From the NCBI GenBank assembly GCA_963662715.1, contig OY759724.1:1800001-1832000 (forward strand): a stretch of 32,000 nucleotides of DNA, given 5' to 3'. Source of the DNA: Candidatus Omnitrophota bacterium. GTDB lineage: Bacteria > Omnitrophota > Gorgyraeia > Zapsychrales > JANLHA01. Positions 1-8,578 of this stretch are shown one piece after another. The notes beneath the pieces were generated by a model. The model saw only the letters and a list, made by a program, of their open reading frames with translations, was not told the origin of the DNA and ran no database searches. Within the stretch, counting starts at the first letter, position 1. Every line of letters starts with the position of its first letter. The position numbers and the translations under genes were made by a program.

Positions 1-557
1 TAATAGCCGCGGGACTTTTGACGGAATCTTCTTTGGTTTTAAAGGGTGAATTCAGCCGCACATTTATTCAGGCGGACGGAAAAATTCTTGAATTTTTGAA
101 AAAGATGGGCGTCCGGATAATCTTGACGAAAAATACGTTAAAATGGCAGAGGAAAGGCCCCTTGCGGGGAGGGGATTTTTCTCTGAAGGATTGTCCGGAT
201 CTGGTCCCGATTATGGCCGTGCTGGCGCTTTTCGCCAAAGGGACGACGCGCCTGAAGAACATTAAACATGCCCGCGTGAAAGAGTCCAACCGGATTTCAG
301 ATTTGCGAAGGGAATTGCTCAAGGCCGGGGCGCGATTAACGGAGACATCCGATACTCTGACAATTCACCCGCAAGCCCAGTATAAGACCTCCGCGTGCCT
401 TAATCCGCATCATGATCACCGTTTAGCCATGGCCTTTTGTGTTTTAGGTTTGAAACTCGGGGCGGTCATTGAAGATATTGAATGTGTTTCAAAATCTTAC
501 CCGGGATTTGTGCGGGATATTAAAAAGCTTGGGGCCAAGGTCAGATTCTGTTCCTAG
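1..557 (+). CDS. aroA: 3-phosphoshikimate 1-carboxyvinyltransferase (EPSP synthase), C-terminal part; CDS enters from the left edge
   Basis: Frame 3 is open from position 3 with no upstream stop, so the TTG at 18 is probably internal. C-terminal EPSP synthase motifs are present (KESNRISDL, DHRLAMAF, SKSYPGF). Stop TAG at 555-557. Confidence 0.85.
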   Translation, partial: IAAGLLTESSLVLKGEFSRTFIQADGKILEFLKKMGVRIILTKNTLKWQRKGPLRGGDFSLKDCPDLVPIMAVLALFAKGTTRLKNIKHARVKESNRISDLRRELLKAGARLTETSDTLTIHPQAQYKTSACLNPHHDHRLAMAFCVLGLKLGAVIEDIECVSKSYPGFVRDIKKLGAKVRFCS

Positions 558-676
558 CCGTTTTTCCCTTTTGCACGGTATGCCTGAGATTATCTATTTT
601 TTTCTGGAATAGGGGTCTTAAATGGAGTATAAAATAGAATAATAGATAATAATAGACTAAATAAAATGATTATTCG

Positions 677-705
677 TTGACAGTAAATTTCTTTTCATAT
701 ATGAT
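677..705 (+). promoter_or_regulatory. candidate sigma70 promoter for mreB (TTGACA-17-TATGAT)
   Basis: TTGACA at 677-682, 17-nt spacer, TATGAT at 700-705, about 80 nt upstream of the mreB start. By-eye match only. Confidence 0.45.
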
Positions 706-786
706 GTTTCCTGTTGCATAGCAACTAGTTACTAGTTATTTCTCCTCGAGAAATATTCCATTAATATAAAAAAAGGAAGGACTCAG

Positions 787-1857
787 TTGCTAAAATTTAT
801 CCGATATATCCAAAGAACCATCAATTATGTCTTAGGTTTGTTTTCCAATGACATGGGCATTGATTTGGGGACCGCCACGACGCTTGTTTATGTGAAGGGC
901 GAAGGCGTCGTCCTGTGCGAGCCTTCGGTTGTTGCCATTGAAAAAGAAACGAACCGGGTCGTGGCCGTGGGGGATGAAGCCAAGAAAATGTTGGGCCGTA
1001 CTCCGGGAAATATTGTCGCGATCCGGCCGATGAAAGACGGGGTTATTTCAGATTTTGAAATCACCGAAGCGATGTTGAAATATTTTATCAAGAAGGTCCA
1101 TAAACGTCAGGTTCTGGTTCGGCCGGCGATGGTCATTGCTATTCCTTCGGGCATTACCGAAGTGGAAAAGCGCGCCGTAAAAGATTCTGCGGAAAGAGCC
1201 AGCGCCCGGTCCGTGGAGCTGATTGAAGAGCCCAAAGCCGCTGCGGTCGGAGTCGGGCTTCCGGTCGAAGAAGCCGCAGGGAATATGATTATTGACATCG
1301 GTGGTGGAACGACGGAATTTGCTGTTATTTCATTGGGAGGACTCGTTTATTCCAAGTCGATCCGGATTGCCGGTGATGAAATGGACCAGGCGATTATGGA
1401 GTATTTAAAGAAAACTTATAATCTGATGATCGGAGAACGAACAGCGGAGGAGATTAAGATCCGGATCGGATCCGCTTATCCGCTGGAGGAAGAACTGACA
1501 ATGGACGTGCGGGGCCGGGATCTTATTGCCGGGCTGCCAAAGACAATTACAATTTCATCTGAAGAAATTCGGGAGGCACTGCAGGAACCGATTCAGGCCA
1601 TTGTTGATGCTTCAAAAATCACTTTGGAAAATACTCCCCCGGAACTTGCTGCGGATTTGATTGATCGAGGGATTGTTATGGCTGGCGGCGGCTCCCTCTT
1701 GCGGGGATTAGACAAGAGAATTGCCGAAGAGACAGGCCTTCCTGTTCACATTGCCGATGATCCTTTAACGGCTGTCGTCTTGGGAACGGGGCAGGTTCTT
1801 AACATGCCCGTGAAGCTTAGAAGACGTGTTGTTGTCCCGACCAAATTGGATTTTTAA
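787..1857 (+). CDS. mreB: rod shape-determining actin homologue MreB
   Basis: N-terminal [20 protein letters not shown] and actin-fold phosphate/adenosine motifs ([20 protein letters not shown]). TTG start preceded by GGAAGGA. An ATG start further in would delete conserved residues. Confidence 0.95.
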   Translation: MLKFIRYIQRTINYVLGLFSNDMGIDLGTATTLVYVKGEGVVLCEPSVVAIEKETNRVVAVGDEAKKMLGRTPGNIVAIRPMKDGVISDFEITEAMLKYFIKKVHKRQVLVRPAMVIAIPSGITEVEKRAVKDSAERASARSVELIEEPKAAAVGVGLPVEEAAGNMIIDIGGGTTEFAVISLGGLVYSKSIRIAGDEMDQAIMEYLKKTYNLMIGERTAEEIKIRIGSAYPLEEELTMDVRGRDLIAGLPKTITISSEEIREALQEPIQAIVDASKITLENTPPELAADLIDRGIVMAGGGSLLRGLDKRIAEETGLPVHIADDPLTAVVLGTGQVLNMPVKLRRRVVVPTKLDF

Positions 1858-1924
1858 GTTCGTGCTTTCTCATTCTTGCGAGAGGTTCGTTTTTTTCCTC
1901 TTGTGGCCGGAACAACGAGGCGCC

Positions 1925-1964
1925 AATCCCTCCCGATGTCTACGGGGAGGGATTTACTTTTTTT
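1925..1964 (+). terminator. intrinsic terminator/attenuator-like hairpin between mreB and mreC
   Basis: AATCCCTCCC (1925-1934) pairs with GGGAGGGATT (1945-1954), leaving a 10-nt loop. TAC and then T7 (1958-1964) follow. Confidence 0.5.
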
Positions 1965-1990
1965 AAAATGATTATTTAATATTTACGTGA

Positions 1991-2776
1991 GTGTCTAGAT
2001 ACCATAAAAAAACATTAATTTACGGCTTCATTATCCTCAGTGTCGTTTTGTTGTTTTTCCTCCCCTCCCGTTTTGTTGCGCCCTTGAAATTCAAAATCAT
2101 TGAAGGCACGTCTTTGCCGGTACGCATTATTTCGATCCCGTTGCTGGAACTGAAAAAGATGGTTTTTTATCACAAAACACATGCCGACTATGTCAAGCTG
2201 AGGAAAGATTATAACACGTTAAAGGCCCGTCTGGTCGGCATGGAAGAGGTTGTCCTTGAAAACAATCGGTTGGAGAAACTGCTGAAATTCAAGCGCAGTC
2301 TGGTTTATTCATCTATCGGGGCCAGTGTCGTTGGCCGGGATCCCTCCAATTGGAATGAGACCGTTATTATTGATAAGGGAACGAGCGCCGGGGTTGATGT
2401 CGGGATGCCGGTTGTGAATGCCCAGGGGGTCGTCGGAAAAGTTGCAGAAGTGAGCGAAAAGAAAAGCAAGGTGATCCTTTTGACAGACCCGGGATTCGGC
2501 TCGGCCGCGCTGGTGAAGCGTTCCCGGGAAACGGGACTTATTTCCGGAACCCTCCAAGGCCTCTGCCGTATGCGTTATCTGTCAGCCGACGCTGATGTGA
2601 AAATAGGAGATCAGGTCATTACGTCTAAGCTCAGCTCTTCTTTCCCGGAAGGATTGCTGGTGGGAGAAGTCATCGCCGTTTATCGTAAAAAGAACAAGCT
2701 TTCCCTGGATTGTATTATCCAGCCGGCCGTCCCTTTGTCCCAGATAGAAGAGGTTCTGGTTATCCAGACACGCTAA
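1991..2776 (+). CDS. mreC: rod shape-determining protein MreC
   Basis: N-terminal TM helix, then a coiled-coil segment, then MreC beta-domain motifs (GVDVGMPVV..GVVGKV, GDQVITS..FPEGLLVGEV). Position after mreB fits. GTG start has no clear SD, so the start is uncertain. Confidence 0.85.
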   Translation: MSRYHKKTLIYGFIILSVVLLFFLPSRFVAPLKFKIIEGTSLPVRIISIPLLELKKMVFYHKTHADYVKLRKDYNTLKARLVGMEEVVLENNRLEKLLKFKRSLVYSSIGASVVGRDPSNWNETVIIDKGTSAGVDVGMPVVNAQGVVGKVAEVSEKKSKVILLTDPGFGSAALVKRSRETGLISGTLQGLCRMRYLSADADVKIGDQVITSKLSSSFPEGLLVGEVIAVYRKKNKLSLDCIIQPAVPLSQIEEVLVIQTR

Positions 2777-2778
2777 TT

Positions 2779-3264
2779 ATGTATCTTATTGCCATTATAT
2801 TAGGACTGGTTTTTGCCACTTTTGTCATAGAATGTGCGCTAGCTCAATTGATGAGTTACGCTTATATTCCTAATTTGCTTATTATCCTTATTGTTTTTTT
2901 CAACCTGTACCGGGGGACTCGTTACAGTCTGACAGCCGCGATCTTTGCCGGAGTGTTTAAAGACAGTTTTAGCGCCGGGCCTTTTGGCTTGTATACATTC
3001 TCATTTATCATTGCGGCATTTCTCTCGACGTTATTTAAGATGTACATTTATCAGACAGGCTCAATGCCCTCCCGCGTTTTTCTGGTCTGCGTCGTTACGA
3101 CCGGTTACGTCACCACGTTTTGGGTCGTGCAGCTTATGTTTACGTCTTTAACTTTTCCATCGGTCTTTTTCCATATTTTCGTTCCGGAAGTCGGTTTAAC
3201 AACTCTCATAGCTCCTTTGGCTTTTAAGAAATATCGGCAATGCGCGTTAAGATTATTCGCATAA
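2779..3264 (+). CDS. mreD: rod shape-determining protein MreD (polytopic membrane protein)
   Basis: Small, very hydrophobic multi-TM protein directly after mreC. I use the in-frame ATG at 2779 (MYLIAIILG...) rather than the track start at 2710, which overlaps the mreC 3' end. Called from context and hydrophobicity. Confidence 0.75.
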   Translation: MYLIAIILGLVFATFVIECALAQLMSYAYIPNLLIILIVFFNLYRGTRYSLTAAIFAGVFKDSFSAGPFGLYTFSFIIAAFLSTLFKMYIYQTGSMPSRVFLVCVVTTGYVTTFWVVQLMFTSLTFPSVFFHIFVPEVGLTTLIAPLAFKKYRQCALRLFA

Positions 3265-4955
3265 TTCTTTTTTTGGGTTTGCTCTGCGTGAGCTTAGACC
3301 TGATCTATATTCAGGGTATCCGGGGGAGTTTTTATTTTCACCAAAGTGTCAATAACCGCATCAGGGTTATCCCGATGGAGGGCATCCGCGGCCGTATCCT
3401 TGACTGTAACGGAATTGTTCTGGCGGATAACCGTTTGTCTTTTAACGTGGCGGTTATCCCGCAGGATATTAAAGAAAATGAGAAAGTCTTCCATTATTTA
3501 AGCCAGGTTTTAAATGTAAAAAAGAAAAAATTGCTGCAGCAGTATTATCAGAAAAAACTGGCTCCTTTTGCTCCCGTCGTTGTGGCGGAGGATGTTGACA
3601 AGCGCGTCGCGATGATCCTGGAAGAGAACCGTTTCCGCTTCCCGGGCCTTTACGTTCAGGAGCATTACCGGAGGTCTTATAACCTCAAAGAGATCGGCGC
3701 GCATATCCTGGGGCATGTGGGAAAAATTAACCGGATCAGGATGGAGAAATTGAAAGATTACGGTTACACGCCTTTGAGTGTCGTCGGTTATTCCGGCGTG
3801 GAAGAATACTATGATAATTATCTGAAAGGGCAGGAGGGCGGCCAGCAAATTGAAGTGAACAACCGGGGGCAACAGGTCAGGCTGCTCAGTATCCGGGAGC
3901 CGGAAAGCGGACAGGATGTCCAGTTGACTATTGATGCCCGTATCCAGCAACTTGCCCAGGAAAGCCTTACGGGACGGAACGGGGCCATTGTCATCATGGA
4001 TTTTGACAGCGGAGCTATTTTGGGTATGGTGAGTTCGCCCTCTTATGATCCCAATATTTTTGTCGATAATCGTCTGAAGAAAAAGATAAGCTGGGCCATG
4101 ACAGATTCTTCGTCCCCTCTTCTTAACCGGGTGATACAAGGTCAGTATCCTCCCGGGTCGATTTTTAAAACGATTGTCACCATTACCGGCTTGGCCCATA
4201 AAAAAATCAGCCGTCACACGAGCTTTAACTGCCCGGGTTATTATGCTTTGGGCCGGAGGAAGTTCCGCTGCGCGCACGTCCACGGTTCGCAGAATCTGAT
4301 CCAAGGCATTGCCCACTCATGTAACGTTTATTTTTTCAACGTCGGTTTGCTTGTCGGCCCGGATTTGCTGCATAAATATGCCAGACTGCTGGGGCTGGGG
4401 CAGCTTACCAATGTCGATTTGCCGGCGGAAGAAAAGGGTTTTGTCCCGAGCCGCAGGCAAAGGAAGATTAAGAATCCGCAGGGCTGGTTTAAGGGCGACA
4501 CCTTGAATTATTCCATCGGACAGGGAGAAGTCCTGGTCACGCCTCTGCAAATAACGCGTCTTATGACGACGATCGGCAGGGGGGGCAAGGAAGTCCAGCC
4601 TTTTTTAATAAAGAAGATCGGAGACCAGGATATTGTTCAATTTTCAACGATCAGGATTATCAATGTCGACCCGAAGATTTTTGACACGCTCCAAGAGGGG
4701 TTAAAGGAGGTTGTCAAGGACCCCTACGGCACGGGACGGCTTTTGGATATGCCTGATTTTGAAATTTCAGGAAAGACCGGAACCGCGCAGTCCATTCCCG
4801 GCCATGAGGACCACGGATGGTTCGCTGGCTATAATCTAAAAGGAAAAAGACGCATATCTTTTTGTGTTTTTCTGGAATTCGGCGGTTCCAGCTATAATGC
4901 CGTTGTTATTGCCCGGGAATTATTACAGCGACTAAGGCAGGAAAATATTCTGTAG
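3240..4955 (+). CDS. mrdA: penicillin-binding protein 2 (elongasome class B transpeptidase)
   Basis: N-terminal TM anchor, PBP dimerisation region, and transpeptidase motifs SIFK (SxxK) and KTGTA (KTG). Sits between mreD and rodA. Confidence 0.9.
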   Translation: MRVKIIRIILFLGLLCVSLDLIYIQGIRGSFYFHQSVNNRIRVIPMEGIRGRILDCNGIVLADNRLSFNVAVIPQDIKENEKVFHYLSQVLNVKKKKLLQQYYQKKLAPFAPVVVAEDVDKRVAMILEENRFRFPGLYVQEHYRRSYNLKEIGAHILGHVGKINRIRMEKLKDYGYTPLSVVGYSGVEEYYDNYLKGQEGGQQIEVNNRGQQVRLLSIREPESGQDVQLTIDARIQQLAQESLTGRNGAIVIMDFDSGAILGMVSSPSYDPNIFVDNRLKKKISWAMTDSSSPLLNRVIQGQYPPGSIFKTIVTITGLAHKKISRHTSFNCPGYYALGRRKFRCAHVHGSQNLIQGIAHSCNVYFFNVGLLVGPDLLHKYARLLGLGQLTNVDLPAEEKGFVPSRRQRKIKNPQGWFKGDTLNYSIGQGEVLVTPLQITRLMTTIGRGGKEVQPFLIKKIGDQDIVQFSTIRIINVDPKIFDTLQEGLKEVVKDPYGTGRLLDMPDFEISGKTGTAQSIPGHEDHGWFAGYNLKGKRRISFCVFLEFGGSSYNAVVIARELLQRLRQENIL

Positions 4956-5014
4956 AAGGGATGATCGACCGTCATAGGTCCCTTGGCCATTTTTTATAAG
5001 GAGCGAGGAAGTTT

Positions 5015-6121
5015 ATGCGCAGGGATTTGGGTTTTATTATTCTGTTATTCACCATTATCATTATCGCTATTGGTTTGGTCTGTCTTTACAGCGCGTCCTA
5101 CCAGAATGTCCGGGTGTCCCATAAGGTTTTTTATGATCAGCTGGTCCTTTCCATTGCCGGGGTTTTCTTGCTGATTTATTTGAGCCAGCTTGATTACCGG
5201 AGATTTTATGACCTGGCTTATTTTTTTTACGGCGGAAGTGTTCTTCTGCTTATTTTGGTTTTAATCGGCGGACGTCACGCCTTGGGCGCCCAGAGATGGT
5301 TTACTGTCGCGGGCATCAGTTTTCAGCCGTCGGAATTGGCCAAGCTGACGTTAATCCTGGGTCTGGGACGATATTTCAGTGACCGTCGTTCTGCTCTTTC
5401 CGTCAGGCCACGGGATCATTTCGGGGTTTTATGGCACGATCTTTTTATCCCTTTATGCCTGACACTCGTTCCGATGGTTCTTATTTTCAAGCAGCCGGAT
5501 TTGGGGACAGCACTTTTGTTTTTTGGTATTTTTATATTTATGCTGTTTGCCAGCGGGCTGCGGTACCGGTATGTCCTCGGCTTCCTTTTCCTCTGTTTAT
5601 CGGTTCTGCCGTTTGGCTGGAACATTATTAAGCCGTATCAAAAGGACCGGCTGCTTGTATTCCTGAACCCCAATATCGATCCTTTAGGAGCCGGATACAC
5701 AATCATTCAGTCCAAGATCGCGGTCGGTTCGGGGCGGCTCTGGGGCAAAGGCTGGTTAGCCGGGACGCAGAATCAGCTCAATTTCCTTCCCGAAAGGCAT
5801 ACGGACTTTATTTTTTCCGTCATTGGAGAAGAGTGGGGGCTTTTCGGAACGTTGATTTTGTTGCTGTGTTATGCGGTTATTATTCATGCCGGATTAAAAG
5901 TCGCGGAACAAGTCAAGGACCGGTTTGGGATGCAAATTGCGGTGGGGATCATTGGCATCTTTTCATTACAGGTCTTAATTAATATCGGGATGGTTCTGGG
6001 GATGTGTCCTGTGGTCGGGTTGACCTTGCCTCTTATCAGTTACGGCCGGTCCTCTTTTCTGGTGTCCTTGATTATGATCGGTATACTATTGAACTTAAGT
6101 AAGCGGCGGACTATCTTTTAG
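5015..6121 (+). CDS. rodA: SEDS peptidoglycan polymerase RodA (FtsW/RodA/SpoVE family)
   Basis: About 10 TM segments and SEDS motifs (FQPSELAK, PDLGTA, LPERHTDFIFSVIGEEWG, PLISYGRSS). Called rodA rather than ftsW because it follows mrdA. Confidence 0.9.
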   Translation: MRRDLGFIILLFTIIIIAIGLVCLYSASYQNVRVSHKVFYDQLVLSIAGVFLLIYLSQLDYRRFYDLAYFFYGGSVLLLILVLIGGRHALGAQRWFTVAGISFQPSELAKLTLILGLGRYFSDRRSALSVRPRDHFGVLWHDLFIPLCLTLVPMVLIFKQPDLGTALLFFGIFIFMLFASGLRYRYVLGFLFLCLSVLPFGWNIIKPYQKDRLLVFLNPNIDPLGAGYTIIQSKIAVGSGRLWGKGWLAGTQNQLNFLPERHTDFIFSVIGEEWGLFGTLILLLCYAVIIHAGLKVAEQVKDRFGMQIAVGIIGIFSLQVLINIGMVLGMCPVVGLTLPLISYGRSSFLVSLIMIGILLNLSKRRTIF

Positions 6122-6218
6122 GTTAAACGGAGACAGTCGGCAGAAACCGGAAGCGGAGAAATCTTGTCTTGCGGGGCAATTCATTATAAATTATATATAT
6201 AAATAAGATAATCTGTTG

Positions 6219-6224
6219 TATAAT
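6219..6224 (+). promoter_or_regulatory. candidate -10 element (TATAAT) ahead of the pilus cluster
   Basis: Perfect TATAAT in the AT-rich 174-nt gap after rodA, about 75 nt upstream of the MshEN gene. No convincing -35. Confidence 0.3.
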
Positions 6225-6295
6225 AGGCCAAAATTCTTATAGCTAAAAGACAGAATAAAAAAAGATATAAAATTTTGTGATGAATTCCAGATGAA

Positions 6296-6754
6296 TTGAA
6301 GAATATGAAAGACTACAAACGGACATCCAATAAACATTTAGGTGAATTACTCGTTGAGAAGGGTGTTATCGACCGGGAACAGGTCGCCATGGCCATGGCT
6401 TATCAAAATGAGAATGGCGGTCTTATCGGCGAGATCTTAGTTGAATTGAAATTCGCCACCGAAGAAGACATCGCTCAAGCCCTTACCTGCCAATATGGAT
6501 TCCCCTACCTGCCCTTATCGAACTATGAAATCGATCAAGAAGTCATTAACGCCGTCCCGGAGAACGTCTGCCAGAAGAATTGTCTTATCCCCATTGATAA
6601 GATCGGAAAAAGTTTGACCGTGGCCATGTCCAATCCTTTAAATCAAACAGCTGTCGAGGATATTGAAATGCTGACCGGTTGCAGTGTGCAAACCTTTGTG
6701 TCAACGACAAGCGATATCAAAGAAGCTATCAAAAAATACTACAGTATAGTTTAA
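6296..6754 (+). CDS. stand-alone MshEN / T2SSE_N domain protein (putative c-di-GMP receptor), no ATPase domain
   Basis: 152 aa that align by eye with the N-terminal roughly 150 aa of both downstream ATPases (VPENV..LIPIDK..LTVAMSNPLN..EDIEMLTG..IKEAIKKYY). Tandem 24-aa MshEN-like motifs (HLGELLVEKGVIDREQVAMAMAYQ, then LIGEILVELKFATEEDIAQALTCQ) are separated by the 5-aa spacer NENGG. The start could be TTG 6296 or ATG 6305. Confidence 0.8.
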   Translation: MKNMKDYKRTSNKHLGELLVEKGVIDREQVAMAMAYQNENGGLIGEILVELKFATEEDIAQALTCQYGFPYLPLSNYEIDQEVINAVPENVCQKNCLIPIDKIGKSLTVAMSNPLNQTAVEDIEMLTGCSVQTFVSTTSDIKEAIKKYYSIV

Positions 6755-6761
6755 GGACCCT

Positions 6762-8498
6762 ATGTTTTCCTTAAAAGAGCGATTACAAGAAATCCTTCTG
6801 CGAGATAACATTATTAAGCAGGAAGATTTAGACAGGGCTTTACAAGAACAAAAGAAATCCGGCGGTGATCTGAGTAAAGTCCTGGTGGAGTTAAATCTTA
6901 TTGGCGAGGATGACTTAACGCATATTCTCAGTGAAGGCTTGGGCCTCCCCCCGATTGACATATCCCGGCTGACAATCGACCCCAATGTCGTTAAGCTTAT
7001 TCCCCAGGAAGTCGCTGTCAAGTACCAGATTATGCCTATTTCCAAAATGGGCGGGAATCTGACGTTGGCGATGGCGGATCCGTTGAACATTTTTATTATT
7101 GATGATGTCAAAACCTTAACGGGGCTGAACATTACACCTATTATTGCCAGGTCCACACAGCTTCAGCAGGCGATTGAGCATTGTTATACGAATGAGGGTG
7201 AGTCTGCCGAAACACTGGAAAGCATTATTAAGGATATGCGTGATGCCGAGGAACTGGAGTTGGTGAAGGATCTGGAAGGGGACGGGGAGAAAGTATCCGT
7301 TGAAGATATTACCCAGGATGCCCCGATGATCAAGCTCACGGATACGATCATCCAGCAGGCTGTTATGGCCAAGGCCAGTGACGTTTTTATTGAGCCCTTG
7401 GAAAAAACGCTTCGTATCCGTTACCGTGTGGACGGGATTATCCGGGAAATTGATCAGATGTCGAAGGCGTTGCATCTTCCGATCATTTCCCGTATTAAAG
7501 TCATTTCCAACCTGGATATTTCCGAAAGGCGGGTTCCTCAGGACGGGAGATTCCGGACGATCCTTTCCGGAAACAGGGAAGTGGATTTCCGCGTGAACGT
7601 TTTGCCGACTGTTTTCGGGGAAAAGATCGTTTTGCGTGTTCTGGATAAATCGGCCGGGATGGTCGATATCGCCCAGCTGGGTTTTCAGCCGGCGGACCTG
7701 AAGAGGCTCCAGGAATGCTCCCAGAAACCGCACGGGATGATTTTGTCCTGCGGTCCGACGGGCAGCGGGAAAACGACAACACTATATTCTATTTTGAAAT
7801 TTGTGGACTCCCCGGGCAAAAACATCGTGACCGTTGAAGATCCTGTGGAATATCAGATGGTCGGGATGAATCAGGTGAACGTTAAGCCTTCGGTGGGCCT
7901 GAGTTTCGCTTCGACGTTACGTTCTATTTTGCGCCAGGACCCGGATGTGATCATGATCGGAGAAATCCGGGAGAGGGAAACCCTGGATATCGCTGTTAAG
8001 GCCGCGTTGACCGGGCATCTTGTCGTCAGTTCTTTGCATACCACGACCGCCCCAGGCTCTGTGATCCGTATGGTGAATATGGGCGTTGAACCTTTCCTTA
8101 TCTGTTCTTCTGTTATTGCCATTGTCGGCCAGAGATTATTAAGAAGGATCTGTCCGAAATGCAAACAGGAGAACGTGGTGTCAAAGGAAATGGCCGATAA
8201 ATTAGGCCTCCAGACAAAAGGGCAGAAGGGAGAGTTGACCCTTTTTCGCGGCAAAGGTTGTAAAAACTGTTTGAACACAGGGTACAAGGGCCGGGTGGGG
8301 ATCGCGGAAGTCCTGGTCCTGACCCCCAAGGTCCGGAAGGAAATTTTACAGCATTCCGGGGAACTGCAGATCAAAATGACCGGGAGAAAAGAAGGTATGA
8401 CGACCATGCGGGAAGATGCCGTGGCCAAAGCTTTGGCGGGTTTGACAACGATGGAAGAAGTGTTGCGGGTGACGGCCCCCGATGAGCCGCTGCCGTAA
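6762..8498 (+). CDS. pilB: type IV pilus / T2SS assembly ATPase, PilB/GspE family (paralog 1)
   Basis: T2SSE_N-like N-domain, Walker A GPTGSGKTTT, Walker B/Asp box DPDVIMIGEIRE, His box SSLHT, and a tetracysteine motif CPKC...CKNC typical of assembly rather than retraction ATPases. Confidence 0.9.
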   Translation: MFSLKERLQEILLRDNIIKQEDLDRALQEQKKSGGDLSKVLVELNLIGEDDLTHILSEGLGLPPIDISRLTIDPNVVKLIPQEVAVKYQIMPISKMGGNLTLAMADPLNIFIIDDVKTLTGLNITPIIARSTQLQQAIEHCYTNEGESAETLESIIKDMRDAEELELVKDLEGDGEKVSVEDITQDAPMIKLTDTIIQQAVMAKASDVFIEPLEKTLRIRYRVDGIIREIDQMSKALHLPIISRIKVISNLDISERRVPQDGRFRTILSGNREVDFRVNVLPTVFGEKIVLRVLDKSAGMVDIAQLGFQPADLKRLQECSQKPHGMILSCGPTGSGKTTTLYSILKFVDSPGKNIVTVEDPVEYQMVGMNQVNVKPSVGLSFASTLRSILRQDPDVIMIGEIRERETLDIAVKAALTGHLVVSSLHTTTAPGSVIRMVNMGVEPFLICSSVIAIVGQRLLRRICPKCKQENVVSKEMADKLGLQTKGQKGELTLFRGKGCKNCLNTGYKGRVGIAEVLVLTPKVRKEILQHSGELQIKMTGRKEGMTTMREDAVAKALAGLTTMEEVLRVTAPDEPLP

Positions 8499-8578
8499 CC
8501 CGATACGGAAAGCAAATACATACACCATGCCGGGCACACGACGTCCCCCCTTCGGGGACGCGGATCCGCCCATAAAAA

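Noticed and set aside
3510-4316. 268-aa ORF on the minus strand
   Set aside because: It lies entirely antisense to the well-supported PBP2 gene. The protein is low-complexity and Arg/Pro-rich with no recognisable motifs, and there is no RBS. Typical antisense shadow ORF.
7116-8539. Minus-strand ORFs of 205 aa (7116-7733), 93 aa (7501-7782) and 222 aa (7871-8539)
   Set aside because: All are antisense to PilB paralog 1, whose + strand frame carries complete ATPase motifs. The translations look non-protein-like.
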